A DNA stretch of 64,000 bases from Candidatus Parvarchaeota archaeon (GTDB lineage Archaea; Nanobdellota; Nanobdellia; JAAOXT01): NCBI GenBank assembly GCA_017609605.1, contig JAFCDO010000002.1, positions 9,369-73,368 on the forward strand, written 5' to 3'. Shown here piece after piece: positions 18,598-28,495 of the stretch (position 1 is its first letter; each line of letters begins with the position of its first letter). The notes under the pieces are model-generated. The model ran no database searches, was not told where the DNA came from, and saw only the letters and a program-made list of their open reading frames with translations. Position numbers and translations under genes: made by a program.

Positions 18598-19427
18598 GCG
18601 TACAGACCCTCTTCTTCCATTTTTTTAAGTGATTGTTCCGTCCACAAGGTCAGTCTTCCCGCGTGGGTTCCTGGAGCTAGTTTTTTGGCGTTTAACTCGT
18701 TTACAGGAGTTACTTCGACTCCTGGAACGTTCTTCGCGCTTTTCATCAATCCTGTTTCAGAGCTTGAAACCACGATTAGTGGTCCAACCGCTTTTTTGTA
18801 TTTTCTTCCGCGCATTTTGCCTTTGCCAGCCCTGATTCTTTTAACCGCTGACCTTTCCAGTTCTTGTTTTAACCCAATGGATTCAAGTAGTTTCACGACT
18901 TTTTGGGTTTTATCAATTTTTTCTGCTTGGCTTTCAAGAACCATGAAAGCTTCACTGGTTTTGTGCCCTCTTTTTTGAACTATGTCTAGCAGTGTGGTCG
19001 CGTTTATAGCGCTTCTAATAGCTTTTTTGTATTCTTTATTGTTGATTTTTTTGATAATGATTTTCTCGCTTTTAGGAGGGTTTGAGCGCCTGCCTTTAAC
19101 AGTGTTAGGGGCTTCAGCGCCTTTGAACAGGCGGAATCTCATGACTCCGAGCCAGCCGCCACCAATTCTTCCCATTATTTTTCTTGGCGTCCTGCTTATT
19201 CCTTGGTTATACGTGGTTCTCCACTTTCTTTGTCTTCTTTTATACCATCGCGTGCTGTGTTTTAGGCCTGCTTTCGGGTCCCTGCCTTGGGGCTGGTATT
19301 CTAATGATTGTTCAGATATGACTGCTCTTTTGATTATGACTGGGTTGTAAGGTTCGTTGAATTGTTTTGGCACAACCACTTTTTTAGCTGTTATTTTGCC
19401 GGTTATAGAGTATAATTTTGGTTTCAT
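18594..19427 (-). CDS. rpl4: 50S ribosomal protein uL4
   Basis: GRDPKAG, IRAGKGKMRGR, LAPGTHAGRLTLWT. Confidence 0.97.
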   Translation of the reverse strand: MKPKLYSITGKITAKKVVVPKQFNEPYNPVIIKRAVISEQSLEYQPQGRDPKAGLKHSTRWYKRRQRKWRTTYNQGISRTPRKIMGRIGGGWLGVMRFRLFKGAEAPNTVKGRRSNPPKSEKIIIKKINNKEYKKAIRSAINATTLLDIVQKRGHKTSEAFMVLESQAEKIDKTQKVVKLLESIGLKQELERSAVKRIRAGKGKMRGRKYKKAVGPLIVVSSSETGLMKSAKNVPGVEVTPVNELNAKKLAPGTHAGRLTLWTEQSLKKMEEEGLYA

Positions 19428-20359
19428 TGGATTACCTCATTGATTTCAGGGGGTGGCAATTGTTTTTGTTGTCTTACAGGTTTTCTTAGCATGATTAACC
19501 TTTTTCTGGGTCCTTGCACGCTTCCTTTTACGAGTAAGTATTTGCCTTTGATTTGACCGTAGTTTTTGAAACCGCTTTTTGGTGTAATGTCAGCTTCCCC
19601 TATCTTGAGCACCCATTTATTGTACTCTGTTCTCCGATGGAATCCCATTTGCCCGAATTGAGGGGTTGTGTGTCTTGTTCTGGCTGGAGTGAAGTGTCCT
19701 ATGGTTCCCGCAGCTCGTTTGGTTTTTTCGGATTTTGCTTGCATTATGGCGACGCCGAAGCGCTTTACCGAGCCTTGAAAACCTTTTCCTTTGGTTATCG
19801 CTATCGTATCGATTTGTTCTCCTTCTTTGAACACGTCGTTAACGTTGATTTGTTTTCCTAACATTTCCTTGGCGTAAACCATTTTTTCTTGAATGTTTTT
19901 TCCGCCGATTCCTAGTTCGAATATTTCAGGAGTTTTTTTGAAAGAAGGGTTCGTGCTGACCAGAAGTCTTACTTCGTCGCAGTCTTCAACTGTTTTGGTC
20001 TCTTTTTTTTTGGGCAGCAAAATTTTTCTTTTGAGTTTTTTGTCGAGTTTGTCGGAGAAGATTTGGTTGATTGTTTTCTGGTTTTTGTAGAATTTGAGTG
20101 CGATGACATTGAGGGAAGGGGTTTCGAGAATGGTTGCGGGAACACTGATTTCCATGTTTTTTGTGGGGCTGTGCTTTCGGTTGTCGTTGATCATGACGTG
20201 TGTCATGCCTGCTTTGTATGCCGCGAACCCTAGGACGCTTGTTTGATTGGAGGTTCCCCAGTTCTTAATTCTAGGGTAGATTCTTTTAGCTCTTTTTCTT
20301 GGCCAATAGGCCATTGAGCCTCTTCTTGGAGAGTGTCTTTTTCCTATTTGGTGTGCCAT
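19424..20359 (-). CDS. rpl3: 50S ribosomal protein uL3
   Basis: PRRGSMAYWPRKR, YKAGMTH, TKGKGFQG, GQMGFHRRTEYNK; SD GAGGT upstream. Confidence 0.97.
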   Translation of the reverse strand: MAHQIGKRHSPRRGSMAYWPRKRAKRIYPRIKNWGTSNQTSVLGFAAYKAGMTHVMINDNRKHSPTKNMEISVPATILETPSLNVIALKFYKNQKTINQIFSDKLDKKLKRKILLPKKKETKTVEDCDEVRLLVSTNPSFKKTPEIFELGIGGKNIQEKMVYAKEMLGKQINVNDVFKEGEQIDTIAITKGKGFQGSVKRFGVAIMQAKSEKTKRAAGTIGHFTPARTRHTTPQFGQMGFHRRTEYNKWVLKIGEADITPKSGFKNYGQIKGKYLLVKGSVQGPRKRLIMLRKPVRQQKQLPPPEINEVIQ

Positions 20360-20533
20360 ACGACCTCACAATTTTTTTTTTGAATTCTTTTTGGGAACTC
20401 TAACTCTATCCCATTTCCCCTCTCTTTCAGCCTTCGAGTGAGTTTGCGGCTTCTACCAATAATCAAAATAGACTATTTATAAACATTATGGATTAAACTA
20501 TAGAAATCCTTATCAAATATTCTTTCGTTTTTC

Positions 20534-21439
20534 TTGTTAATGTCGTGGAAGGAGATTAGTGAAGACGAGTTCAACGATTTTCTTAGTTCCCTTCCTTCTT
20601 TTGATACTTCGGGTCGGGAGCGGAAAACCAAGAGCCTGAATTACGAAAAATACAAAGAAGGTTTCATTGAAAGTAATGAAAATCGTGAGGACGGAGTTTA
20701 CAAGGGTTTCAAAGTTTTTCATGAGGTTGTTCGTCGTTTTGAAAACGTTGGTGAAGTGAAATTTGTTGACGATGAATCTTGTCTTAAAGTAATTGAAGTT
20801 AAAGGGGTGGATTTGGGTTTTGTTCTTGAACCTTCGATTGACCCTAGCTGGATGACTGATGAAAGTGATTATAATGGTTGGCTTAATTTCTGTTTTGCGG
20901 AAATGCCTGGCGTGGACAAGGATTATCTGTTTTTTCAGGAAAGCGAGTTTGAAGGTTTGAAAAAATCGTTGGAAAGGCTTGAGTGTTCTTTAATGAAGGG
21001 GTTTCGAGGATCTCGTTTTTTTGAAGGAATCCCCAAAACGTTGTCAATGGTTGAGGACAGTGTTTTGATTCCTGAAGTAGAGGATTGTTTTCTAAGCAAT
21101 CATTTAGAAGAATATTGTCTCATAATTAAGGGGATTAAAAGCGATTACACTGATTTCTACAGGGATTTAGAAGAGGTTAGGGGTTTTGAACTTCGACCTG
21201 GTGGGTGGAAGAATTTTGATGAACAATACTTTAACTGGTGGTTTTTTTGTAAAAGTTTTCATCTTCGTTACAGGAACGCCAAGTCTTGGAGCGAGCCAGG
21301 AGTTATCTATCACCCTATTTTTCCAAGTAAAGGTTCTATAAGAACTGACAAGCTTGATTTCTGGAACGTTGAAAGCTTTGACCAGGGATTAGTTGATGAT
21401 ATCCTCGGCAGAACCTTTTTAGGGAATTATTTGTATTAA
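20534..21439 (+). CDS. Hypothetical acidic protein
   Basis: 301-aa ORF divergent from rpl3; likely ATG at 20540. Confidence 0.7.
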   Translation: MLMSWKEISEDEFNDFLSSLPSFDTSGRERKTKSLNYEKYKEGFIESNENREDGVYKGFKVFHEVVRRFENVGEVKFVDDESCLKVIEVKGVDLGFVLEPSIDPSWMTDESDYNGWLNFCFAEMPGVDKDYLFFQESEFEGLKKSLERLECSLMKGFRGSRFFEGIPKTLSMVEDSVLIPEVEDCFLSNHLEEYCLIIKGIKSDYTDFYRDLEEVRGFELRPGGWKNFDEQYFNWWFFCKSFHLRYRNAKSWSEPGVIYHPIFPSKGSIRTDKLDFWNVESFDQGLVDDILGRTFLGNYLY

Positions 21440-21473
21440 AACGAAAATTATTTTAATCTCTAATGTTCTTTTA

Positions 21474-21839
21474 TTGATTTGTATGGGGGCGTCTTGTCTT
21501 TTAATAAGCCTCAGGGAACCAGTCCTTGAAGATATAGAAAACGAGATTAATAGCTGGCAGGAAGGAATTGACAACAAGTTCTTTGACAATTTGATGAGTT
21601 TGTCGGAAGAGTTGGGTACTCCCAAATCACTTTTTCCGAGGGGTCCTAACATACACGTCATTCATGGAGGTTTAGGACTGCCAAGATATTTTATTGATCC
21701 TGATAAGAAAGCTGTTGGTTTTTTCTGTTATTCTTGTAAAAAACACGTTGCGGGCATGCCAAGAGTGGAACGCGAGCAAGGTCTTGAAGAGTATTGTCCT
21801 AACTGCGACGAGTTATTATTAAGTTATGTTTTGAACTAA
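21474..21839 (+). CDS. Zinc-ribbon protein
   Basis: CYSC...CPNC pair; likely ATG at 21483. Confidence 0.65.
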   Translation: MICMGASCLLISLREPVLEDIENEINSWQEGIDNKFFDNLMSLSEELGTPKSLFPRGPNIHVIHGGLGLPRYFIDPDKKAVGFFCYSCKKHVAGMPRVEREQGLEEYCPNCDELLLSYVLN

Positions 21840-21881
21840 AACGGAAGTCTTAAAAAACTGTTTTCCGTTTTTATTCTTGTT

Positions 21882-22631
21882 ATGGAACGTTTAAGGGGTC
21901 GTTTTTACCACGCTTTACTACAGGGTGTAGGTAGGTTGGAGAACGTTATTGCTTATGATAATAGGAAGTGCAGTCCTGAAGAGTTTAAACAGGACTTGAA
22001 GATTTCTTTTATTGGTTTTCCTCAGCTTTGCTGGCGTGATAAAGAAAATTCTATTAAGTTGAGCTCTTCTTTTGCTCATGCAGAGAACGTTGGTTTTATT
22101 CCTATTGTTAGTGAAGAAGAGCTCGTGCACGGCAAGCTCCCGGGCATTAAATCTTTATTCAAGGAAGAAGGAGGTTTTGAAGCCCTGACCAGGGGTAAGG
22201 TCTTTCCTCAGGAACTCATTGATTCTTTTGATGTTGACCAGTTCATTGAAGCGAAAATTGATTACAATAACAGAAGAATTGATGATTTTGCTGAAGAGTG
22301 CGAGGATTACGGCATTTCCAAGGATTACACGACCATTTTCCCGGAGCCAAGTTTTTGGGAGGTTCCTGTTAAAGGGGGGGTTATTGATAAACTTGAGCCT
22401 TGGCCTTGGGGTTTAAGAGTCGTTGATTTCAAGACTCGTTTACCAGGCAATGATTATTTACCAGAAGTTATTGAAAGAATGTATGATTATGTTGCTAGTC
22501 TGAAAAAGGAGGGTGAAAAGGTTTACGAGCATGAGTTCACCTTAACGACTATTAAAAAAGGTGATGATTTCTGTTTTGAAGACCATGCTTTTAAGGTTCC
22601 GGTTGACGAGATTGCTCGGAGGTTGAAATGA
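21882..22631 (+). CDS. RecB/Cas4-like PD-(D/E)XK nuclease
   Basis: GRFYHALL (motif I), GVID (motif II), VVDFKT (motif III). Confidence 0.75.
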   Translation: MERLRGRFYHALLQGVGRLENVIAYDNRKCSPEEFKQDLKISFIGFPQLCWRDKENSIKLSSSFAHAENVGFIPIVSEEELVHGKLPGIKSLFKEEGGFEALTRGKVFPQELIDSFDVDQFIEAKIDYNNRRIDDFAEECEDYGISKDYTTIFPEPSFWEVPVKGGVIDKLEPWPWGLRVVDFKTRLPGNDYLPEVIERMYDYVASLKKEGEKVYEHEFTLTTIKKGDDFCFEDHAFKVPVDEIARRLK

Positions 22632-23752
22632 ACTGGGAGAATTTATTGAGGTGGGATTCTAAACTCTTAAGCAAGCTCAGCCCTTTATCTCTCCAAGCGT
22701 TGTATGAAGGGGATAGGTCTTTGATTCATTCTTACCCGAACATTCATAATTTTGTTGAGGCGGGCATGAGCGAGACTCCTTTACTGATGAGTCAGGATTC
22801 GTGGGAAAATTTTTACCAGCGTTCTAAAGGTTTGTCCAGTTTTTCCCGCATCCCTACTGGCGCTGAGCTCATTGAGCAATACTTGGCCCTGCCTCCCGTG
22901 AAAGGTAAGGGTTTGGCGGTTACCACGAATGCTCAAGCACTGCTTTTGAACAAGTCTGTTTCCACGACAAGTTTTTGCCTGGACTTCTTGGCAAGATTAG
23001 GTTTAGCAACTAAGAAAAAAGTTGATTACCCTTTGGATGATTTAATTACTTCAGAACAAATGACTGATGATAGGATGGAGAAAAGAGAGCACATTCTTCC
23101 AGACGTTTACGCTTTCTCCAAAAGCCGGGGTGTAGGCAAGGTTAAGAAAAAGTTTTTGCTGGACTTGTTCTCCATGAATGTTGAAAACAATTCTTTCATT
23201 GGTGAATGGGAGTTGAAGCCTAGGAGAAGTGTGAGTCGTAACTTGTTGGATTCTTTCAATGCTAGAACTGGTTTGGTTAACGCTTCTGTTTTGGAGCAAA
23301 TGATTGTGTTCAGGCAGGAAGCGTTGATTAAGCATGGGTTGATGCGTTCAAGCGAGCGAAAAGAACTTCGGAACGGTAAGCCTCGTGGAAGAAGTTTCAC
23401 TGTTCTTCACTCAGCGTCCGGCTTGGATGATTCGTACCCTGTTGCGAAGCAAATTCCTTTGCTCGGCGTAACGCCTAGAGATAGAGTTTCTTACCCGAGC
23501 ATTCATTTAGACACGGGTTGTAGGGGGGAGTTGTTCCCTATTGGGGTTTTGAACGCTGTTCATTACGAGTTCGCGACAACCCCGAAGAAAAAGTTTTCCT
23601 TAGACGATTTGGGTGGGCGAGTCAGCGTAGATGTTGACATGCCAGACCCCGATAATTTCGTGCTAGGACCAAACAATGTTTGGGATTATGAACTACAAAT
23701 TTTTAGGTGTGAGCGTTGCGGTGAAAAGGTTTTGCCGACAATTGTGAGGTGA
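22628..23752 (+). CDS. Hypothetical protein with putative winged-HTH and C-terminal zinc knuckle
   Basis: TTNAQALLLNKSVSTTSFCLDFLARLGLA resembles a wHTH; CERCG near the C-terminus; ATGA-coupled to the nuclease. Confidence 0.6.
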   Translation: MNWENLLRWDSKLLSKLSPLSLQALYEGDRSLIHSYPNIHNFVEAGMSETPLLMSQDSWENFYQRSKGLSSFSRIPTGAELIEQYLALPPVKGKGLAVTTNAQALLLNKSVSTTSFCLDFLARLGLATKKKVDYPLDDLITSEQMTDDRMEKREHILPDVYAFSKSRGVGKVKKKFLLDLFSMNVENNSFIGEWELKPRRSVSRNLLDSFNARTGLVNASVLEQMIVFRQEALIKHGLMRSSERKELRNGKPRGRSFTVLHSASGLDDSYPVAKQIPLLGVTPRDRVSYPSIHLDTGCRGELFPIGVLNAVHYEFATTPKKKFSLDDLGGRVSVDVDMPDPDNFVLGPNNVWDYELQIFRCERCGEKVLPTIVR

Positions 23753-23758
23753 TTTGTT

Positions 23759-24394
23759 TTGGCGATTCTTAAAAAACTGGGTTTAATTGTGAATGATGAT
23801 GGGCTTGACGGGCAGGGTTTAACCAGTTATATTGAACAATTGTTTCCTAAAAAGTTGGCTGACGAATACGTTGTTAAGACGCTTTCTGAAAACGTTTTTG
23901 AGGACAGGCGCCTTGGGGTTTGGCAGTTAGTTGAAGGGAAAGAAATTTTTTTGAGAGAAGAAGTGGTTAAAAGCCTTCCCACGAATTCAATTTTTTTCGG
24001 TTACCCTAACGTTTTTCTAACTGACGCGTTAATCATGACTGAGTCTCACGTGGAAACTGTTTATGGTGGTGGAAACTCTCATAAAGGTTATTTCATTCGT
24101 TGTTTTGGTGGAAAACTCGTTGACGGAGGGTTTTCTTCTTTTGAGAATAGGTCTGCTTATGTTTGGACACGGAATCTCGATTGGGATAACTTAAATGATA
24201 GGCTTTTCAAGCAAGGAATTAGAGATGACATGCATAACATTTTTACTCATGAGGTCGGCCATCTTCTTGGGTTAAACCATCATCCCGATTGTTTGATGAA
24301 CTATAGGACTATAACTCCAGAGGATGATTTTTTCTGTGAAGAGTGCGTTGATAAGATTGAGGGTTTTTCTGATTCGGTTTTTCAGTACGCGTAA
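23759..24394 (+). CDS. Archaemetzincin-like zinc metalloprotease
   Basis: HEVGHLLGLNH, CLMN Met-turn, FCEEC; SD GAGGTGA before a TTG start. Confidence 0.78.
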   Translation: MAILKKLGLIVNDDGLDGQGLTSYIEQLFPKKLADEYVVKTLSENVFEDRRLGVWQLVEGKEIFLREEVVKSLPTNSIFFGYPNVFLTDALIMTESHVETVYGGGNSHKGYFIRCFGGKLVDGGFSSFENRSAYVWTRNLDWDNLNDRLFKQGIRDDMHNIFTHEVGHLLGLNHHPDCLMNYRTITPEDDFFCEECVDKIEGFSDSVFQYA

Positions 24395-24395
24395 T

Positions 24396-25832
24396 TCATC
24401 CTTTCATTACGCCTAAAGGTCTTAACCCCGCGACCCTGTGAGCGATTCCTATTTCGTGCGATACTCTTACGACTTCGTCCAAGTCTTTGTAACTGCCCGG
24501 CGCTTCTTCTGACACCACTTTCCAACTGGCTGCGCGAAGATATATTCCTAATTTGGCCAAGTCTTTTTTTATTTGTTCTCCACGGTAAGTATGTCTCGCT
24601 TTTCCTCGGCTCATCGCCCTGCCCGCGCCGTGAGCAGTGGAGCCGAACGTTTTGTTCATGGCTTCAGGCACGCCGACTAACACCCACGAGCCAATACCCA
24701 TGTGTCCAGGGATTAACACTGGTTGTCCTACTTTCTTGTAATCTTCAGGTACTTCTTCGTGCCCTGCTGGGAACGCGCGGGTAGCGCCTTTCCTGTGCAC
24801 TATCACTTCCATTTTTTCTCCGTTAATCAAGTGGGTTTCTTGTTTTGCGATGTTGTGCGCCACGTCGTACACAATACCCATACCCAGTTCTTCGGCGCTT
24901 CGCCCAAAGACTTTTTGGAATGATTGTCGTGTCCAATGAGTTATCATTTGCCTGTTGGTCCAAGCATAGTTTGCCGCGCAATTCATTGCTTTGAAATAAT
25001 CATGGAATTCTTGCGTGCCAGAGGGGGCGTACACTAGTTGTCTGTCCGGCAACTCTTTGACTTCTTTGCTGAATCTTTGTTCGAGGATTCGAATGTAGTC
25101 TGAACAGTTTTGGTGCCCTAATCCTCGTGAGCCTGTGTGTATCATGATGCATACTTGTCCTTCTTTTAGTCCGAACGCTTCCGCGACTTCAGGGTTCTCA
25201 ATTTTTTGCACGTACTCTATTTCGACGAAGTGGTTTCCCGCGCCCAAGCTTCCGAGTTGTGGCATCCCCCGGGTTTTCGCCCTGTCCGAAACTTTTGAAG
25301 GGTCATTATTTTTTAGGCATCCGTCGGATTCAATGTGTTTTGCATCACTTTTCCACCCGTACCCTTTATTGACCGCCCACTGCACTCCTTTAGATAGGAC
25401 TTCGTCCAATTCATCTCTATTGACTCGAATTTTGCCTTTTGACCCGAGTCCTGATGGAATATTTATGAACATAGTATCAATTAGTTCTTTGATTTTCTTG
25501 GCGTCCACATCTTTTTTTTGCAGGTTAGTTCGCACGAGCCTGACTCCGCAGTTGATGTCAAAACCCACTCCTCCAGGGCTGATGAGGCCTTGTTTGGCGG
25601 CGAACGCTGCGACCCCGCCGATTGGGAACCCGTACCCCCAATGACCATCTGGGAGTACGATTGAGTGCTTGAGTATTCCTGGTAGGTGCGCCACGTTTTG
25701 GACTTGTTGCAATGTGTTGTCTTGCATCATTTTGTCAAGTATTTTTTTGGATGCGAACACTACTCCTGGCGCGTTCATCCCACCAGTTTTAGGGATTTTC
25801 CATTGGTAATCATTGATTTTTTGTATTTCCAT
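24396..25832 (-). CDS. rtcB: RNA-splicing ligase RtcB
   Basis: PDGHWGYGFPIG, GFDINCG, GAGNHF, HTGSRG, AHN, HRKGATR, HGAGR. Confidence 0.97.
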   Translation of the reverse strand: MEIQKINDYQWKIPKTGGMNAPGVVFASKKILDKMMQDNTLQQVQNVAHLPGILKHSIVLPDGHWGYGFPIGGVAAFAAKQGLISPGGVGFDINCGVRLVRTNLQKKDVDAKKIKELIDTMFINIPSGLGSKGKIRVNRDELDEVLSKGVQWAVNKGYGWKSDAKHIESDGCLKNNDPSKVSDRAKTRGMPQLGSLGAGNHFVEIEYVQKIENPEVAEAFGLKEGQVCIMIHTGSRGLGHQNCSDYIRILEQRFSKEVKELPDRQLVYAPSGTQEFHDYFKAMNCAANYAWTNRQMITHWTRQSFQKVFGRSAEELGMGIVYDVAHNIAKQETHLINGEKMEVIVHRKGATRAFPAGHEEVPEDYKKVGQPVLIPGHMGIGSWVLVGVPEAMNKTFGSTAHGAGRAMSRGKARHTYRGEQIKKDLAKLGIYLRAASWKVVSEEAPGSYKDLDEVVRVSHEIGIAHRVAGLRPLGVMKG

Positions 25833-25881
25833 TCTTTTTATTTTAAAGAAATATAATGGTTTTTGTGTTTAAAAAAAGTTT

Positions 25882-27282
25882 TCACGAGTAAAGATCTTCC
25901 GGGAATCTTTCTGCCTTCGTTTCTTTGATTATTTTAAGGAGATCTTCTTGCGTTATTTGTTCTTCTTGATTGAATATTTTTGTTCTTATCGTGGGAGAGA
26001 ATACTGCTTCTTTTATTCGTCTGAAAGAAAGTTTTCTTTTAACTATCTCTTTGCTTATGACACTCCAATCAATTTTTTGGAACTCTAGGCTTCCTGGTAG
26101 AGTTGGTTGAATGTAGGTTTGAAAGTATTTTTCCACGCTTTTTTGGTCCGGGTTCCCGACAAATATTTTTTGCCCGAACCTGTCGCTGACCGCGAAATCC
26201 AGTTGTTTTGGAATGTTTGTCGCAGCTATTACTGTTATCGGTTTTTGCCAGTAAGTGATTTCTGATATGAGGTCAAGTACTGCTGGAACGGTTTCCAGAA
26301 CGTCTCCTCTTATCGAACTGTTGTCTCTAGACAGGCCTATGCTTTCGAATTCGTCGAAGAATACGATTCCTTTTTTGATTTTTTTCAGGCTCTCTTTAAG
26401 GATTTCTATGTTTTGGGATGTTGTTCCCGTGAAGCTTCCCATGAGGCTTGTCGACCCTATTTTTAAGACATGTGTTTCAGGCAAATGGTTTTTTAGAATT
26501 CTAATCGCATAAGTTTTCCCGTTTCCAGGCGGGCCATGGAGGAGGATTGATCGTGGACCCCATTCCCCGTATTTTTCGGGTTTTTGCATGTAGTCAACCA
26601 CTTGTTTCATTTTTCCGACTAAATCTGATTGCCCTATGACATCGTCAAGAGTTAGTTCTCGTTTCTTGATTCTTGGCTTTGTTGTTAGCGCGTAACCACT
26701 TATTTGTTCGGGAACGCCTTTGATTGTCGTTGGGTTTTGGATGATTGCCACGCTTACATTGTTCGGACTTATTCTCTGCGCGGGTCTTGCTTTGTAGATT
26801 ATTTCTTCTATTTTGAAAGCGGTTTCAGGAACGGTCAGTTTACATAAATATTTTCCTCCACGCACTATTTTTTTTTCTTTTGATAATGAGTACTTTATCA
26901 TCGCGTTGTAAACTTCCCGCTCGAGTTCAGGTTCATCTTTTATTTTTCTATGCTGTGGAAGCAGGCTTACTTTTACAACGCCCACACTACTTTCTAAACG
27001 GGTTAAAGGTATTTCTTCGTTGACTATTATGCTATCAAGCGATGTGGGAGCAACGCGGTCAAGTCTTTCGAGTCCCTCTGAGTCTGTTATCTTGTCCACT
27101 TGGTAGTAATCGTTTTCAAAGCAGATGACTTCGCCTTGCTCTAATCCATCGAGGTACGCGCTTATGAACGCTGTCAACGAAGCAGGGTTGTACTCGCACA
27201 CCACTTCTTCTCCTGTTATATCGAAGAATGTTATAGGGGTTATTTCTATTTTGAATGGAGGGTTAGCGCTTATACTTGTCAT
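25882..27282 (-). CDS. AAA+ ATPase (COG1223-like)
   Basis: LDDVIGQ, YGEWGPRSILLHGPPGNGKT, IVFFDE, IRGDV, AATN, DFAVSDRF. Confidence 0.88.
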   Translation of the reverse strand: MTSISANPPFKIEITPITFFDITGEEVVCEYNPASLTAFISAYLDGLEQGEVICFENDYYQVDKITDSEGLERLDRVAPTSLDSIIVNEEIPLTRLESSVGVVKVSLLPQHRKIKDEPELEREVYNAMIKYSLSKEKKIVRGGKYLCKLTVPETAFKIEEIIYKARPAQRISPNNVSVAIIQNPTTIKGVPEQISGYALTTKPRIKKRELTLDDVIGQSDLVGKMKQVVDYMQKPEKYGEWGPRSILLHGPPGNGKTYAIRILKNHLPETHVLKIGSTSLMGSFTGTTSQNIEILKESLKKIKKGIVFFDEFESIGLSRDNSSIRGDVLETVPAVLDLISEITYWQKPITVIAATNIPKQLDFAVSDRFGQKIFVGNPDQKSVEKYFQTYIQPTLPGSLEFQKIDWSVISKEIVKRKLSFRRIKEAVFSPTIRTKIFNQEEQITQEDLLKIIKETKAERFPEDLYS

Positions 27283-27333
27283 CGTGTTTATAAAAAAAAA
27301 GTTTTCATGGTTTTAATAGTTTCGATTTCTTTT

Positions 27334-27744
27334 TTATAAGTCAAACACGACTCTCGCAACCCACTTGTCTCCTTTTTTTTTGACACTCATTTGGTGATAA
27401 GTGATTGCTTTCACCTCGTTTTCTGGTTCGTGTTTTCCAGGATTGAATTTTTCTCCGCTGGCAGTGCATTTCAGCTCGTAACCTTTTATCTTGGTTTTGT
27501 ATTTGCTGAACACTAATCCTTTGGTTTCGAACAAGTATAGTATTTCGTTTAGGAACTCGTATAGGAGGGATTCGTCGTCTTCTGCTTTCACCTTGATTTT
27601 ATGCGTGATTCTGGGCTCCACGAGTTTCGGGTCCGTCATGAGGCTGGTGAGGGCTAGGCCCGCGTTCGCGTAAGCTTCTTCTTTTGTTTTGCCGTACGCG
27701 TCTACCATTGCGTCCGCGGTGTGCTCTAGAAAACGGTATTTCAT
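27334..27744 (-). CDS. Archease
   Basis: FLEHTAD, EVKAITYH, C-terminal VVFDL. Confidence 0.95.
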   Translation of the reverse strand: MKYRFLEHTADAMVDAYGKTKEEAYANAGLALTSLMTDPKLVEPRITHKIKVKAEDDESLLYEFLNEILYLFETKGLVFSKYKTKIKGYELKCTASGEKFNPGKHEPENEVKAITYHQMSVKKKGDKWVARVVFDL

Positions 27745-27783
27745 TTGATTAATTATTTAAGTTAGGGTTATTAATGTTTTTTC

Positions 27784-28278
27784 GTGAAACTCGTGCAGAA
27801 AACAATGAGGTATTATGATGCGATTAGTTCTTCTTATAATCGTCTTTATGGGGTTGAGCAGGGGAAAAAGTGGGGTTTCGTGAAAGAACGGGTTAGGGTT
27901 TGTGGTCGCGTGCTTGATTTGGGTTGCGGCACTGGTTTCCTGCTTCGCGAGCTTAACGCGGTGGGTTTGGATTTGAGCAAAGCAATGCTTTTGCGTGCGA
28001 GTGGAAAAAGGTTTTGCGGGGACGCTCATTCACTCCCGTTCAGGGATAATGTTTTTGATTGGGTTGTCAGTCTTTCATTGCTTCAGGACGTGCCCGATCC
28101 CGAAAGAGTGGTTCGCGAGGCGAGACGGGTTGGCGGGAACTTGGTTTTCAGCGTGCTTAAGAAGAATTGGTCTAAAGAGCGCTTAGCGCGACTGGGTTTT
28201 GAAAAAATTTGGGAAGAAAAAAAAGATTGGATTGGTTTTACACGAGCGCGCCCATCATCCCCGTCTTCCAAGCGGTGA
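27784..28278 (+). CDS. Class I SAM-dependent methyltransferase
   Basis: VLDLGCGTG, GLDLS, GDAHSLPF. Confidence 0.88.
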   Translation: MKLVQKTMRYYDAISSSYNRLYGVEQGKKWGFVKERVRVCGRVLDLGCGTGFLLRELNAVGLDLSKAMLLRASGKRFCGDAHSLPFRDNVFDWVVSLSLLQDVPDPERVVREARRVGGNLVFSVLKKNWSKERLARLGFEKIWEEKKDWIGFTRARPSSPSSKR

Positions 28279-28495
28279 AAGCGTTTATCCACGTGCCGCC
28301 GATTAAAAGTTCTATGAGCTTGTAGGCTAGGCTGAACACGATTATTAGCATTCCTAGTTTTCTTACGTCATCTCTTTTATCGTTGAGTAGTACGTAGAAC
28401 CCGACTATTCCTAGGACGCCTAGGCTTAGGAAAACTGCTATGTAGAATATTGCCGTGTATAATGGTCTGTCTTTGAATATTCCTGCCATGAACAA
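28238..28495 (-). CDS. Small membrane protein
   Basis: Two hydrophobic helices; likely ATG at 28489. Confidence 0.6.
   Translation of the reverse strand: MFMAGIFKDRPLYTAIFYIAVFLSLGVLGIVGFYVLLNDKRDDVRKLGMLIIVFSLAYKLIELLIGGTWINAFTAWKTGMMGALV

Noticed and set aside
7500-20100. Many plus-strand Phe/Leu-rich ORFs in the track
   Set aside because: They are antisense shadows of Lys-rich ribosomal protein genes. The same applies over the RNA polymerase, EF-1a and rtcB genes.
21882-22631. Cas4 or a CRISPR locus
   Set aside because: No Cas4 four-cysteine Fe-S motif, no other cas genes and no repeat-spacer array in the window.
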